Source: Cirrosporium novae-zelandiae
Lineage: Eukaryota
NCBI GenBank assembly: GCA_026023565.1
Contig: JAPETS010000006.1
Span: forward strand, 62,001 to 126,000
DNA length: 64,000 nt
Reading direction: 5' to 3'
The stretch's first letter is position 1; the number at the start of each line of letters is the position of its first letter. Below the pieces are notes generated by a model, which saw only the letters and a program-made list of their open reading frames with translations, was not told the DNA's origin and searched no databases. The translations under genes were made by a program, and so were the position numbers. Of this stretch, positions 35,687 to 48,740 are shown piece after piece.

Positions 35687-37504
35687 ATGAAGTTCGCACC
35701 AACCTCAAACCGTGCGGTTGGCGATGTCAACCGCGTAGAGGCCCCTGTTACCGTCAAGGCGTATTTGCTTTGTGCCTTTGCTGCCTTTGGTGGTATCCTG
35801 TTTGGATATGATTCCGGATACATCAGTGGTGTGCTTGCAATGGACTACTTCAAGATGGAATTCGGCAAGCCAGGCTCCACCGATGATACTGCGTATAATG
35901 GTTACCTGTACGCCACATGGCAGAAGTCCTTGATCACATCCATCCTTTCTTGCGGCACATTCTTCGGTGCCCTATTTGCAGGCTCTATTGCCGATTGGAT
36001 TGGCCGTCGAAGCACCATCATTTCAGGATGTGGAATCTTTATTGTCGGTGTTGTTCTTCAAGTTGCTTCAACTACCGTAGGACTGCTTGTTGCGGGCCGT
36101 ATGATTGCTGGTATTGGTGTTGGGTTTGTATCTGCCATTATTATCCTATATATGTCAGAAGTAGCCCCCAAGGCAGTCCGTGGTGCTATTGTCTCTGGTA
36201 AGCTTTCTTTCTGTTTATCAGAGCGCTGTTATTGACGCAACCTCAGGTTACCAATTCGCCATTACTATCGGTCTCATGCTTGCATCTTGCGTTGATCAAG
36301 CAACACATAAGCGAATGGATTCTGGATCATATAGAATTCCAATGGCCATCCAATTTTTGTGGGCTCTCATTCTCGGCACGGGACTTTTCCTTCTCCCAGA
36401 GTCTCCTCGTTACTACGTTATGAAGGATCAGTTGGACAAAGCTGCAAAAGCACTTAGTACTCTGCGTGGTCAACCTGTGGATAGTTCCTACATTAGGGAG
36501 GAGCTGGCTGAGCTTGTTGCAAACTACCGATATGAATTAGAGAACATGCAAAGTTCTTGGATTGATTGTTTCCGTGGTGGTATGAAGCCTTCTGGAAATC
36601 TTCGTCGTGTCTTACTTGGCATGGCAATGCAAATGATGCAACAATGGACTGGTGTTAACTTCATTTTTGTAAGCCAACTATCAACTCTACGCTATTTATG
36701 ATTCAGGTTCTAACGCTATTGACTCAAAGTACTATGGGACTACCTTTTTCCAGCAAGCTGGTATGTCGAACAGTTTCCTCATCAGCATTATTACGACAAT
36801 CGTTAACGTAGTATCCACTCCGATATCTTTCTGGACTATTGAAAAATGGGGCCGCCGTACTCTACTCCTGTACGGTGCCATAGGTATGCTGGTTTGCGAA
36901 TTCATCGTGGCAATTGTTGGGACTGCTGATGAGGGTTCCACCTCTGCATCGATTTGCCTGATTGTCTTTGTGTGCATCTATATCTTCTTCTTTGCTTCAA
37001 CATGGGGACCTGCTGCTTGGGTCGTTATTGGTGAGATATTTTCTCTGCCAATCCGAGCTAAAGGTGTAGCTTTGTCTACGGCCTCGAATTGGCTATGGAA
37101 TTTTGTGAGTCCTCTTTTTGAATTGGCCTAGTACAAAAGTTTCTAACCTTCTGGTTAGGTCATCGCTGAAATTACCCCCTATATGGTGGACTCAGACCAA
37201 GGAAACTTAAAGAGCAAGGTAGGATCCACAGAACATCGAAATGGTTGTAAATACTAATGAAAAATAGGTTTTTTTTATTTGGGGCGCAACGTGCACAGCT
37301 TGTGTCTTTTTTACATATTTCCTGGTGCCTGAGACCAAAGGTCTTTCCCTTGAGCAAGTCGACCGCATGTTAGAAGAGACCACCCCACGTACATCATCCA
37401 AATGGGTACCACACGAGAATTTCGCTGACGAGACAACGATGCATGATGTGGAAAAGGTTACTGCTACCCGGACTGAGGATGTCATGGTTGAAAACAAAGT
37501 TTGA
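35687..37504 (+). CDS. MFS sugar porter, high-affinity glucose/hexose transporter-like
   Basis: AFGGILFGYDSG, DWIGRR, YMSEVAP..RG, PESPR, QQWTGVNFIFYYG, WGPAAW..GEIF, PETKG; four introns. Confidence 0.95.
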
Positions 37505-39485
37505 GGGTGTTATGGAAAGAAGTGAAGGAATATATGCCCAAGTGATGAGCATCAACTCAGCTTCGTAAGCTATAGTGATATTACGCACGTTTAGTTATGC
37601 AAATAATTAAAAATTGCAATTTTTAGTGAATATCAACATGTATTTCTAGGCCTTAGAAGAACCAGGGACTTCAGGAACGATCTTGAATTTCGGGTTTCTA
37701 ATCTTTTATTCTGGCTCGGACTTAATAAAATACCGTATGGGCCTAGGTGTAAGATCAGCATTTTATCTCAATCCCATGAAGCCCAAATTCTCGTTTGAGA
37801 TTCTGCAGTGTATCTTAAAATTTATTTTAGCACTAATTACAGTACCTACTAGCCCTTTTCGGGATTTTATCCTAGCTTTAATTCTAGGTCTTGTTTCGGG
37901 TTGCTTTGCTCTTCTTGTACTGTTTGTTGAAATTTCTCTTCAATTTCTCTTGATCAAAATGCTAAATGTCCGCCTTCAGCTTTTGAGAACTATAATGGGA
38001 TTCCATCTTTCGCACATTTCAATACTCAAGTATGTGAGGAAATTAAATACTAATGATCTAGTACTATATGTATTGTACAGTACATTGGCTCTGTTGTTCT
38101 TATTTCATGAGGAAATTTTTATTATTGATATGGTAGATAACCCAGTAGGACGATCAGGTAGCCAACAAGAGCTTACAACTGCCGCAGACAGTCAGCAGAC
38201 CTCACAAGTCAACTTCTTGTGTCGATTATTCTCTCTTCAATATGGACATGTGGTGAATTACCCAACCTGATGATGATAACCCCCCGTTATGAGATGATAC
38301 AAACTCGGACTATTTAATTTTTTATACTAGGGCGAAACATACTAAGAAAGGACTGGACAGTGATGCGTTATTCATTAATTCAAAGACCTATACCCTTCGA
38401 TATGAGAATATATACGGATATCATGAATTTGTGGATATCGGTAAGCTTCGAGGGTAACAAAGTAGACATAAAATAGACTCACAGCAGACTAACCATTATA
38501 TGTGACAGACCATTCTCCCCTCAAAGACAAGCACTAGGTAGAGTGGATGGATGAGACTATCATACCTATCTGCCAACAATTCTTATATTCATGTTTCTTA
38601 TCCGCTGGGCAAATAGGAAACGGTTGATCTAGCTCACATTTATAAGATGATGATACCTAGAGTGACCTTAGTGTTGCAATAGGTACCCAAATATGATATA
38701 GGGATTTTATAAACTTCCGGTTCGAGAGCCTTTCGAATCAAAGCTAGACTCCAGGCAGCAACCAGACAGTAGCCTTCAAGGAAAAGGAGAGAAAGTTATC
38801 CTAGTGCATATTAGGAAACCCTGTATAGGGGTTCACTAGCTTTTATCAATAAAACAACAGAATATGAAGATTGTCGTTAAAGGGGACTGCTGGGGTGAGA
38901 ACAATACCCGAAGCTCGGCTGCTACAATGTCCATTTTTCACCCTTGGAGCGTTTCTCCTTGGATATCACAATACTCGCATGGATTTCCTGAGCTACCGAC
39001 AGCAAGGCCATTTCGGTTTATGCTCTTCTACACCGATGGCTAGGTTTCATTCCGCTTTTAATTTAGAGCCAAGGCAGTTTGGGTTCGGAAGGTTTCCGCC
39101 TCCTTCCCCGCATTACGTTGTTTGCTGTATGATGATCTACCTCGATCCGCCTTGATCTATCGGATCTTGGGTTCCTTGGTCCTTACTCAGGCGTGTCAGG
39201 TTCTATTTTCAAGCCCATTCAGGGAAATTGTCTAAAATGCGGGGCGGATGTTGCTATATCAATGTTTATTTCCGTTCTTCTCACGCGAAATAATGAGGTT
39301 CTTCCGAGCTTAACATCATGCTCATCTTTAAATATCAGCAGAAGGATTAATCCCTTGACATCACCTTCTCTTTTGGCGAAACATAACATGTCGCCTCTTC
39401 CCTTCCAAGACCGTTACTTCTACTACATTGTCCTGAGGGTACTGTTGTCGTCTACCCCCTAGCTTTACAACCCGTTATTGCAACT

Positions 39486-41246
39486 ATGTCTTTCCAAGTC
39501 GTATCAATCGCTATTGTCGTCATCTTACTCGCTGCCATTAAACTTCTAAATCAGACTGATGTCCCCAAGATAAAGAATATACCTGAGATTCCAGGTGTTC
39601 CTATCTTTGGTAACTTGCTGCAACTAGGAAGTTATCACGCGAAGAAAGCAGCACAATGGGCGAAGACATATGGGCCCGTGTTTCAGGTCCGATTAGGGAA
39701 CCGGGTATAATTAAAAGGTCTTCTATGAGGAACCAAGTTCGAGCCACTGACAATTTTATAGAGGATTATGTTTATCAATAGCTTCGATTCGATTCAATAT
39801 TTCTGGATCAAAAATCAGTCTGGCATGATGTCTCGTCCCAAGTTGCATACTTTCCACGAGGTCCTTTCTACCTCCCAAGGATTCACAATTGGCACATCAC
39901 CCTGGGACGAATCTTGCAAGCGGAGGCGAAAGGCTGCAGCTACTGCATTAAATAGGCCCGCTGTGCAGAGCTACATGCCTATCATCGACCTTGAATCCAC
40001 CGCCAGTATTAAAGAACTGCTTGCGGATACAGAAGGAGGAAAGAAAGAGGTCGACCCAAGATCATATTTTCAACGCTTCGCGCTAAACACCAGCTTGTCT
40101 CTGAATTATGGTGTCCGGATCCAGGGCAATGTGGAAGATGAATTGCTCAAAGAAATTATACATGTGGAAAGGGTTGTCAGTAATCTACGAAGTATGAATA
40201 TCTACGCACAATTCTAGACTTGGGGGCTGATGCAGACATAGGTACAAGCAATAACTGGCAAGACTATATTCCATTGATGAGGATTTGGCCGACAGTAAAC
40301 AGCGAGGCTAATGAATATCGCATGAGGAGGGATAATTATATGAACTTATTACTAAACATGCTAAAGGATAACATTGCAAAAGGAGTGGACAAACCCTGCA
40401 TTACTGGTAATGTGTTGAAGGATCCAGAAACCAAGCTAAATGACAGTAAGTAGGCCCATTGTTGCTCATGGTAATCCCCTCACTAATAAACAACAGTTGA
40501 AATCAAATCTATATGCTTGACCATGGTATCTGCCGGGCTCGATACCGTTCCTGGCAATCTGATCATGGGAGTTGCCTATCTCGCTAGTCCTCGTGGGAAG
40601 CAGATCCAGGAGCGAGCTCTTGATGAGATCACGCAGGTATATCCTGATGGAGATGCTTGGGAGCGGTGTGTGCACGAAGAAAAAGTGCCCTATGTTACTG
40701 CTTTGGTGAAGGAGGTTTTGCGCTTTTGGAGTGTGATTCCGATTTGCTTGCCGAGAGTGAATACCAAGGATATTGAGTATGGTCAAGCTGTCATACCTGC
40801 TGGCACGACATTTTACATGGTAGGCCTTCCATCAACTTTCCTAGTATCATGAATTAATCTATCTTTTGTAGAACGCCTGGGGAGGTAATTATGATGACCA
40901 GCACTTCCGAAACCCATATGAATTCAATCCCGACAGATATTTCGGTGATGCTGATGGCACCGGTACACCGCACTATGGCTATGGGGCCGGTACACGAATG
41001 TGTGTTGGTTCGCATCTTGCAAATCGAGAGTTGTACACAGCATTCGTAAGGCTTATTTCAGCATTCGAGCTTGTCCCACCCAAGAACAAAGAAGATGAGG
41101 CTATTCTGAATCCGTTAGAGTGTAATGCTATCCCAACAAGCTTAACGATCGAGCCAAAGAAATTCAAGGTAGGATTCAAAGTTAGAGATAGGGCTAAGCT
41201 TGAAGAGTGGATTTGGGAGAGCGAAGAGAGGACGAAAGATCTTTGA
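39486..41246 (+). CDS. Cytochrome P450, CYP504-like (phenylacetate / 3-hydroxyphenylacetate hydroxylase family)
   Basis: N-terminal anchor; PGVPIFGNL; STSQGFTIGTSPWDESCKRRRKAAATALNRPA (typical of CYP504); AGLDT I-helix; KEVLR; heme motif YGAGTRMCVG; four introns. Confidence 0.9.
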
Positions 41247-42131
41247 TGGTTCAATATATGTTATGAAGCGTGGGTTATCTCTATAATCTTGAATCATGGC
41301 GCTGGCAGAGATTATTATGACATGAAGAATAGATTGATATTATAATATTTACTGTATGTAACCACGTAGCGTCTTTGGTTAGAACTCGATAATGATGTGC
41401 TAGGTATTGTGTAGATAAGGAGTATAATGAGTACCTAGGTAGTTAACCATGAAAAAACGAGCCTTTCATCTATAATCATCTTCATAGAAGCCAAGTTTTC
41501 TATAGCGGTTAATAATGTAGAGTATTGTTAGGATGATTCCAGCCTAAGGTACCTACTCAACGGCTTCAAAATGTGATTTTGTGTATGGTTCTTTATTAAA
41601 TTTATCCAAAATATTCTAGTTATACTATCTAGTCTTGGCACGGCATCTTCCGAGATCCTTAACAGAAACCACAAAAAGTGACGAAGTAATTCACGTGGGT
41701 AGGATGCACGTGCACAAGTCCGTTTTAGGCTTAGTTCTAGACTAATTAATTAATTAGATGATTCGTGCTTTAGCACGGAAGCACTAGGTTTCCATTGTTC
41801 GTTTGAATTGTGTGGACCTTATTCTAACCACGACACTCTTGGCGGCTCGAAGCTCCAAGAAACCACACGATAGTTTGAAACCCTTGGCTGCTCGCTCCCC
41901 ATATTTCCTGCTTCGTCTGAACTATTCATTTGCCCCTTTTATAGCAGAGCTGGTGAGAATAAATATGCATTGATACTCCAACTCTATCAGCCAGGTTATT
42001 TTCTCTCTTTGTCCCCCCCCCAGCTTGACTTTTCCGCAAATAAACCCCATCGCCTTCGTTACGTTGGAAGAAGGATTTCAATCCATATAGTCAAAAGGAT
42101 AGAGCTATTTTTTAGTAGTAGTATTCTCGCT

Positions 42132-42648
42132 ATGGAAGCTCTGCAAGGTACCAGATCCATTTCCTGGAAATCAATGGATGTTTACCATTCCTGAACTAAC
42201 ATGTATTCCCTTTATCCCAGATATCTTCACCACCCTCGCCAACAATGGCACCCTACCCCAAAACATCTCTCCCTTGTCAATTCTCCCCTTTCTCTCGGTC
42301 CCTTCATCCTTCCTCTCCAAAATCCCGGCCTTGCCCTCTGAGCTACCCGACCTCTCATCCATTGTCCTCACGCTCCTTGCTATTTTCCTGGCATTGAAGA
42401 TACTTGGAATGGCTGTACGCACTGTCTGGGGCTGGGCGCTATTCATATTTCGACTAGCATTCTGGGGATCGCTGGTGGTGGTAGGCATCTGGGTCTATAT
42501 AAGGGGGCTAGAGACTACGGCGAATGATCTAGGATGGATATGGGGGCTCGTGAATCAAAGTATCAAGGAGGAGGAGAAGCGGATAAGGGAGTTTCAGGTT
42601 GAAGAAATGTTCCAACAACAACCGAGGCCTCCGATGGCACAGCCATGA
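42132..42648 (+). CDS. Apq12-like nuclear envelope / ER membrane protein
   Basis: Exon MEALQ, intron 42148-42220, then two TM segments: PDLSSIVLTLLAIFLALKILGM..VWGW..FIFRLAFW..GIWVYIRG. Confidence 0.7.
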
Positions 42649-42954
42649 CAGTGGTAAGATGGGCTGGAGTATCTTCGTATGGAAAAGAGTGAGATCATTT
42701 GGACTAGAGGAGAATCTAAAGTTATGGATAGAAGGAGTGGGAAATATTCTTTGAAAATACTTTTTGGGACACCTTTTAAGGATTATATCTGAGTCGCAAT
42801 TGCTCCAGGTGCATATTACCTTAGATTCCAACGAAAAACAGAAAACGCCGACGCTATGCTATGGGAATCTTATTTGAACATTGGCATTAAAATCCTCCAG
42901 ACGCCCCAAATTTTCTCTCCAAATACCTATTCCAGAAATCCTCCAAGCCGCCAT

Positions 42955-43979
42955 CTATTCCATATCCTCATCCATATCTTCCTCTGCTTCGTGTGGCTCC
43001 TTGGGCTCTTGCGCTTCATTGAATTGGATTGCGTCATCGATGTAACTTAATATCGCCCTGACGCTATCTTCATTCTGAACGTCTAGTTGCAGGAAGGAAA
43101 CCATGCTAAAGTCGTCGATTAACTGACCTACTGCACGATTCAATCTCTTGAACGAGGAGCCTCCCATGACTGCGCCCGCGCTATTAGGATCAGCACTTTT
43201 GTCTACTCCCAAAGGAGATCCAGTTGCTGCATCTGCTGGATCATCGTCCAGCAGAGAGGTATCCGGGTCGAGAAAGCGCTTGAGTTCGCGTTTGCTAACC
43301 ATCTTCTTGACTAAATCCATCTTTGATAGCACATTTACATGCGGCAACTCCAGCATTATCATGGCACTCATGGCAGAAAGGGTGCCAGCAAAATACTTAG
43401 CTCGGTCAACAACAAAGGTGCTCTCAAGGAGGTAGGCGACGCATAGGTTGATATTTAGCGACCCTCGTGTAAGGTGTTTTGTTAAGGCTGGGAGAAGTGG
43501 GATGTGGGTATACAACTCGATTTGGCCAGGCATGTCGATGATTATAAGGTACTCCTCTGTTACCGTATCGAGAGCTTCAGTGAGGAAGTCCAGGTTTTCC
43601 AATAGAAATCTAGCAAGATATTATTAGTACCGTATGATGTATCTCAGACTGTGCAGCAAAGACACACTCGAAGCAATAAATAAGACCGCCATTTGGGCCT
43701 AGTCCTAATTCCTCCATCACATCTTCCAAGGATATCAAGTCCTTGATATCTAGATCTGGTTCATATGCAAAATCCTCAGCGGCAGGATCGAGGTTGATAT
43801 AGAAACATGATCGCTTATTGTTTCTGAGGTGATTTATCAAGCCTGAGCAGAAAGTCGTCTGGAGTGGTGGTAGTAGTTGTTAGCTTGATATATCTCCAGT
43901 TAAATAGCACCTCAATAGCTTCTCTGCGCACCTTTCCTGCCCCCGCGGGGCCGGTAACAAGAACTCCAAATTTACTCAT
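42955..43979 (-). CDS. GPN3: GPN-loop GTPase 3
   Basis: MSKFGVLVTGPAGAGK/TTFC, INLDPAAE, GLGPNGGLIYCFE, DMPGQIELYTH, PHVNVLSKMDL; two introns. Confidence 0.94.
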
Positions 43980-44399
43980 GGTGATTTCGTTGAGCTTTCA
44001 GGCTCTGCTACAAAGCGTTACTGTAGTGGTACATTTCCTAAAACAAAAAAGTGTAACTATATGCTAAACGAAGGAAGGAAGGAGGCTGCTGGAGGATTTG
44101 GTATTTGAATGCTCTGACCGTGTAATTTTTAAACATTTATTAAGAGAAAACTCTTATTATGACGGTATTGGGACAATACGAAGGGTTAATTATCTCTCAA
44201 CTATGACTATAACGGATAGATCCGTATGTCGCCATTATCGGTGAGATATCTTTTAAATTGCCGGCTCTGTCCCTCCGGATCCTATTGTTTCCATTTCAAA
44301 AAGCCCACGACTTTGTTCTCTATTTTTTCCATCTCACCATTCATTGCTGCCTCTAATTCCCTCTTATTGCACTCACTCCATATCTTAGAATCTATCACA

Positions 44400-46005
44400 A
44401 TGACTGCCGAAAAACACTTTCTTTTCACCTCAGAGTCTGTTGGGGAGGGCCATCCCGACAAAATTGCGTGCGATTACCCCTCTCAGTAGCGCACATATCT
44501 TTGAATTGCTCTGTTACTGATGATTTCTATAGCGATCAAGTCTCAGATGCCGTTCTCGATGCTTGTCTGGCAGAAGACCCTCTGTCCAAGGTAAATTTGT
44601 GACCTGATCTTCCCAGCCCCCCGAAAATTTTTACTGAGCTTGAAACCAAGGTTGCCTGCGAGACCGCAACCAAAACCGGTATGATCATGGTAAGTCCATA
44701 GCCTCTCTAACTTTAGCAGAAACCTATAGTAACATGCGCATATCAGGTTTTCGGAGAAATCACAACAAAAGCTAGACTTGACTACCAGAAAATCATTCGC
44801 GATACCATCAAGGATATTGGATATGATTCATCTGACAAAGGCTTTGACTACAAGACTTGCAATGTCTTAGTTGCGATTGAGCAACAATCACCCGACATTG
44901 CTCAAGGTCTTCACTACGATGAGGCCCTTGAAAAACTTGGTGCCGGTGATCAGGGCATAATGTTTGGATGTAAGTGAAATCAAATTCCAGGTTCTCTGCT
45001 CCAACTTCATGTCCAGAAGAATGAACAAGCATATCTATCCTGCCGTGTTATAGCTTTAAATAGGTTATGCCAGAGACTTGGGGATGAATTACTCCAACGT
45101 CCTTGCTCTGGTTGCTAGAGCTGTAGCCACATTCGACTCATGGCTATACTGGTGCTTTTGTGGAACGTGCTGACCGTTTGCATAGATGCGACTGACGAGA
45201 CTCCCGAATTGCTGCCATTGACTATCCAGCTTGCTCACAAGCTTAATGCAGCCATGAAGGAAGCCCGAAACAACGGAACTTTGCCTTGGTTGAGACCTGA
45301 TACAAAAACCCAGGTTACCGTTGAGTATGCGCATGATAATGGTGCTGTTGTCCCAATTAGAGTCGACACTGTTGTCGTGAGTGCCCAGCACAGTGAGGAT
45401 ATCTCCACCGAGAAATTACGGAAGGAAATTCTAGAGAAAATTATCAAGAAGAGCATCCCCGAAAAGTATCTTGATGACAAAACCATATATCACGTAAATA
45501 TTTACCTTACCGTTTTCTCCTAAGTCTAAGACTTAATGTTTCCTAGATTCAACCCTCGGGACTGTTCATTATTGGTGGACCCCAAGGTGACGCCGGCCTC
45601 ACTGGAAGAAAAATCATTGTCGATACATACGGTGGTTGGGGTGCTCACGGCGGTGGTGCCTTCTCAGGCAAAGATTATTCCAAGGTAGATCGTTCTGCAG
45701 CCTACCTGGCCCGCTGGATCGCCAAGTCCTTGGTTCACAGCAAGTTAGCACGCCGTGCGTTGGTCCAACTATCCTACGCTATTGGTGTCGCTGAGCCGCT
45801 TTCCCTCTTCGTCGACACCTACGGTACCTCTAACAGGTCATCAGAGGAGCTCGTTGAGATCATCAGGAACAACTTCGACATGAGGCCTGGTGTAATTGTC
45901 AAAGAGCTTAACCTCACTCAGCCCATTTACTGCCAAACAGCTAAGAACGGGCATTTCACCAACCCTAACTTCTCATGGGAGAAGCCAAAGAACTTGAAGT
46001 TTTAG
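44400..46005 (+). CDS. SAM2: S-adenosylmethionine synthetase (MAT; SAM1/SAM2 ortholog)
   Basis: [64 protein letters not shown]; five introns. Confidence 0.98.
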
Positions 46006-46764
46006 ATGGGTCAATTTTTCTTATATTCTCTGGGTACGAATTTCCTTAATATTTCAACATGACATGAAAAAAGTTCCTGGAAAATACCCCATAGGTGTGT
46101 GATATAATGTACAGTGTGTGCATGGGATTCTCTTTACACAAACAAAGCCAAGTGCTGGCTTTCGGTGGGTTTGCTGTTATTCAACATTAGAAACCGCGAA
46201 CCGTCCTGTGAGGGGTTTTTTTTTTTAATAGCATGAGCGTCGGCGTTTGGAGAACTTTCAACAATGCTTCTCTGAATTGGGAATGACGATGGACAACAAA
46301 ATACCCTTTTTCTATAGATCTTTTGTATCGCGTGGCTTGCTCAACCAGCCGCAATAGAAATGGTTTTCCTTGCCTTTGTTTTCGTCCCAATTGGGATGAG
46401 ATTTGAGCGTGAATCGCGAGATAAATAAATAGTTATGAATAAAATGCAGGAATTCAGTTTTCTCAAACCATTTTGGCTTTCTTGTCGTTTATGGCTGGTT
46501 TATAATGGAAGTACTGATATGATGGGAATGTCCGGTATCGGATCGCTGTAATTCACCCGGATGAAACACCGATTTTAGGCCAATGGCCTAGGTACTGTAT
46601 ATATTGGATTGTTTTACAGAGGAACCGACTGCCCGCCCGTCTGTTAGAGCTGTAGTTAATAAACAACAATGCCCAATCAATAATAGAAACACCACAAATA
46701 GAAAGCATGCACATATGTCCTCCATCCTTCCAATAATGATCCACTAGCTCTTACCCACCCTCTT

Positions 46765-48270
46765 TTAGCTTTCAAAACTATATCTCAACCAATCACCCAA
46801 AGCCTTCAAGCTTTCCCACCGCACCGTCTCATCTCCCTCAACCATCAACTCCATAACCCTAGTCTTGAGTCCCAACCTCTCCAATTGCGTCCTCTTTTCC
46901 GGCACCTCCCTGACAAGACTCCCAACATCGTTGCATGCAATCGCGAGAACTTGCTTATCATTATCCCAACTCTTGCCCATGATTTCTGCTAGTTTCCTTG
47001 GCAGCTGGCTATTCTGATCATCTAAGATCTTGCGCGCATTTTCTCGCCAGAATATGCTACTTCGGTGTGGAGGACTCCATCTCAGATGTCCCGACAATAC
47101 CTCAGCTGCATACTCGTCGAATGTCGTTTTTGTTTTGGTGTAGTCGTCGAGCATTTCCTGAAGCGCTTGTAGATCTTCGAGGAGATCTGGGTCCGTGAGA
47201 TGGCGGGTTGCAAGATTGGTGAGGATTGCGGGCAACTTGGCGAGAGTCGCGGCGGGTAGGAGGAAAGATCGGTTAGTGGAAATTAGGTTATATAGAGTGG
47301 AAAGGAGGAGACGAGTTGTTTTTTCCTTGGGAGAAACACGGAGGAGGTGGGTGTAGAGAGGTATGATCTCGTGGTCATCCTCAAGTGTTTCACCAACTAG
47401 AGAACCCTCGAAGCTGAGCTGCCAGATCACGAGAAGGACGTGATAGAGGAGTTGGAGACCAACACCGCCGCTAAGAGCAACCTCGGTAGTGTTGCGTACA
47501 CTAGAATTGCCGCTCCATAATGTAGAATCGGTATCCTTTTCACCACCAGCAGCGGTTCGTAGAATACCTATGAGGGGAGCAATGGTGTCCTTTCTTTGAT
47601 TCCAAAATAGTTCTCTTGATTTTTTGCTTCTGAGGAGCGTAGAGTATTCTTGGACAGCAATATCTTGGAGGCCATTATCCGAGCTCTTCGCAAGGGTAGA
47701 GAGGTATTTGTAAACCTTGGGAAGGGCTTCGTAAGCTTTGGAGAGACACTTCGAGGGGTTTAGTAAGGCTTCGGATATTAATTCGGAGAGGACAGAAGAC
47801 GTGAGAAGGGGAGTTGGGTCCTGGGGGGTAGAGATATTGTTGAGGAAGGGTAAGAGCGGCTTGAAGGGATCAGGATGCTCGAGTAAAGCAGGCTTGACGG
47901 ATGGAATGTCTGGATTGATATGTAAATAACCAAATAGCATTCAATAGATTGTCGTCAAAAACTTTCTAGTCTTACCCTCAGTCAAATCTCCAGTCAACAC
48001 TAGCATATACTGTATAATGTCGGTCCTTTTTGCGGCCGATTCGAAGACACCACGGCCATTTTGACCTCCCAATAGCAAGCTTCGGATGCCCTCTAAGCTC
48101 TCATCGACAGTTTGTTTTCTAACCTCTTTCCGGACTTTATCGATGGCCCTTATTTGCTTTAAGTCGCTATCTGTTATGGTGCCCGCTCGAGCTGCTCCGT
48201 CCCATGGTATCGACCTAGCTCGAATGTTGTTCTGTAGGGACTTGAGGTAGGTTGGTGGGTCCAACGACAT
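46765..48270 (-). CDS. VMA13: V-ATPase V1 subunit H
   Basis: IRARSIPWDG, LQLLYHVLLVIWQLSF, KEKTTR, TFDEY..E..SGHLRWSPPH, AIACNDVG; intron 47975..47910. Confidence 0.96.
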
Positions 48271-48740
48271 GACGAGAGCTGAGGAGGATTAGACAAGCTG
48301 ACGAGTTGAAGCGGAATGGGAGAATGAGGAGAATAGTTTTCTATAATGTTGGTATAAAAGTAGAATACCACTATGTCCTTGTGATGTTGAGCCCTCTAAG
48401 CTTGGTCGTCATAGGTTGATTTGGACGGCTTGTTCCATCTTTCACATCGGAGCTCTCTGAAATTAATGGTCCGAGCGTTTCGTATTGCCTTACACAAAGT
48501 ATTCGTTTCTGGTATGAAGGAGACACGCAATGTGTTCACATTCCTTTTTTCTGAGGTCAAGGACTTCTTAAATAATTAATCTCGTCATATGGATATCAGA
48601 TTGCGATACTGACTACCCCACTGATGTGATTTCCAAAATTTTTACCCGTGCTCTAAAAGTACAGCTACATAGCATGTGTGCTACCCATCATTTAGGCACT
48701 TGTATTTGAAGGAAAGGGCATTTGAGCTTGAGCGCAAAAA

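Noticed and set aside
37683..38270. 195-aa hydrophobic ORF
   Set aside because: Starts at TTG, T-rich compositional bias, no motifs or introns; probably spurious.
44226..44399. In-frame upstream ATG extending SAM synthetase by 58 aa
   Set aside because: Lies in the middle of the short GPN3/SAM divergent promoter, upstream of the CT-rich leader, so probably 5' of the TSS; the context is poor. TSS data would settle it.
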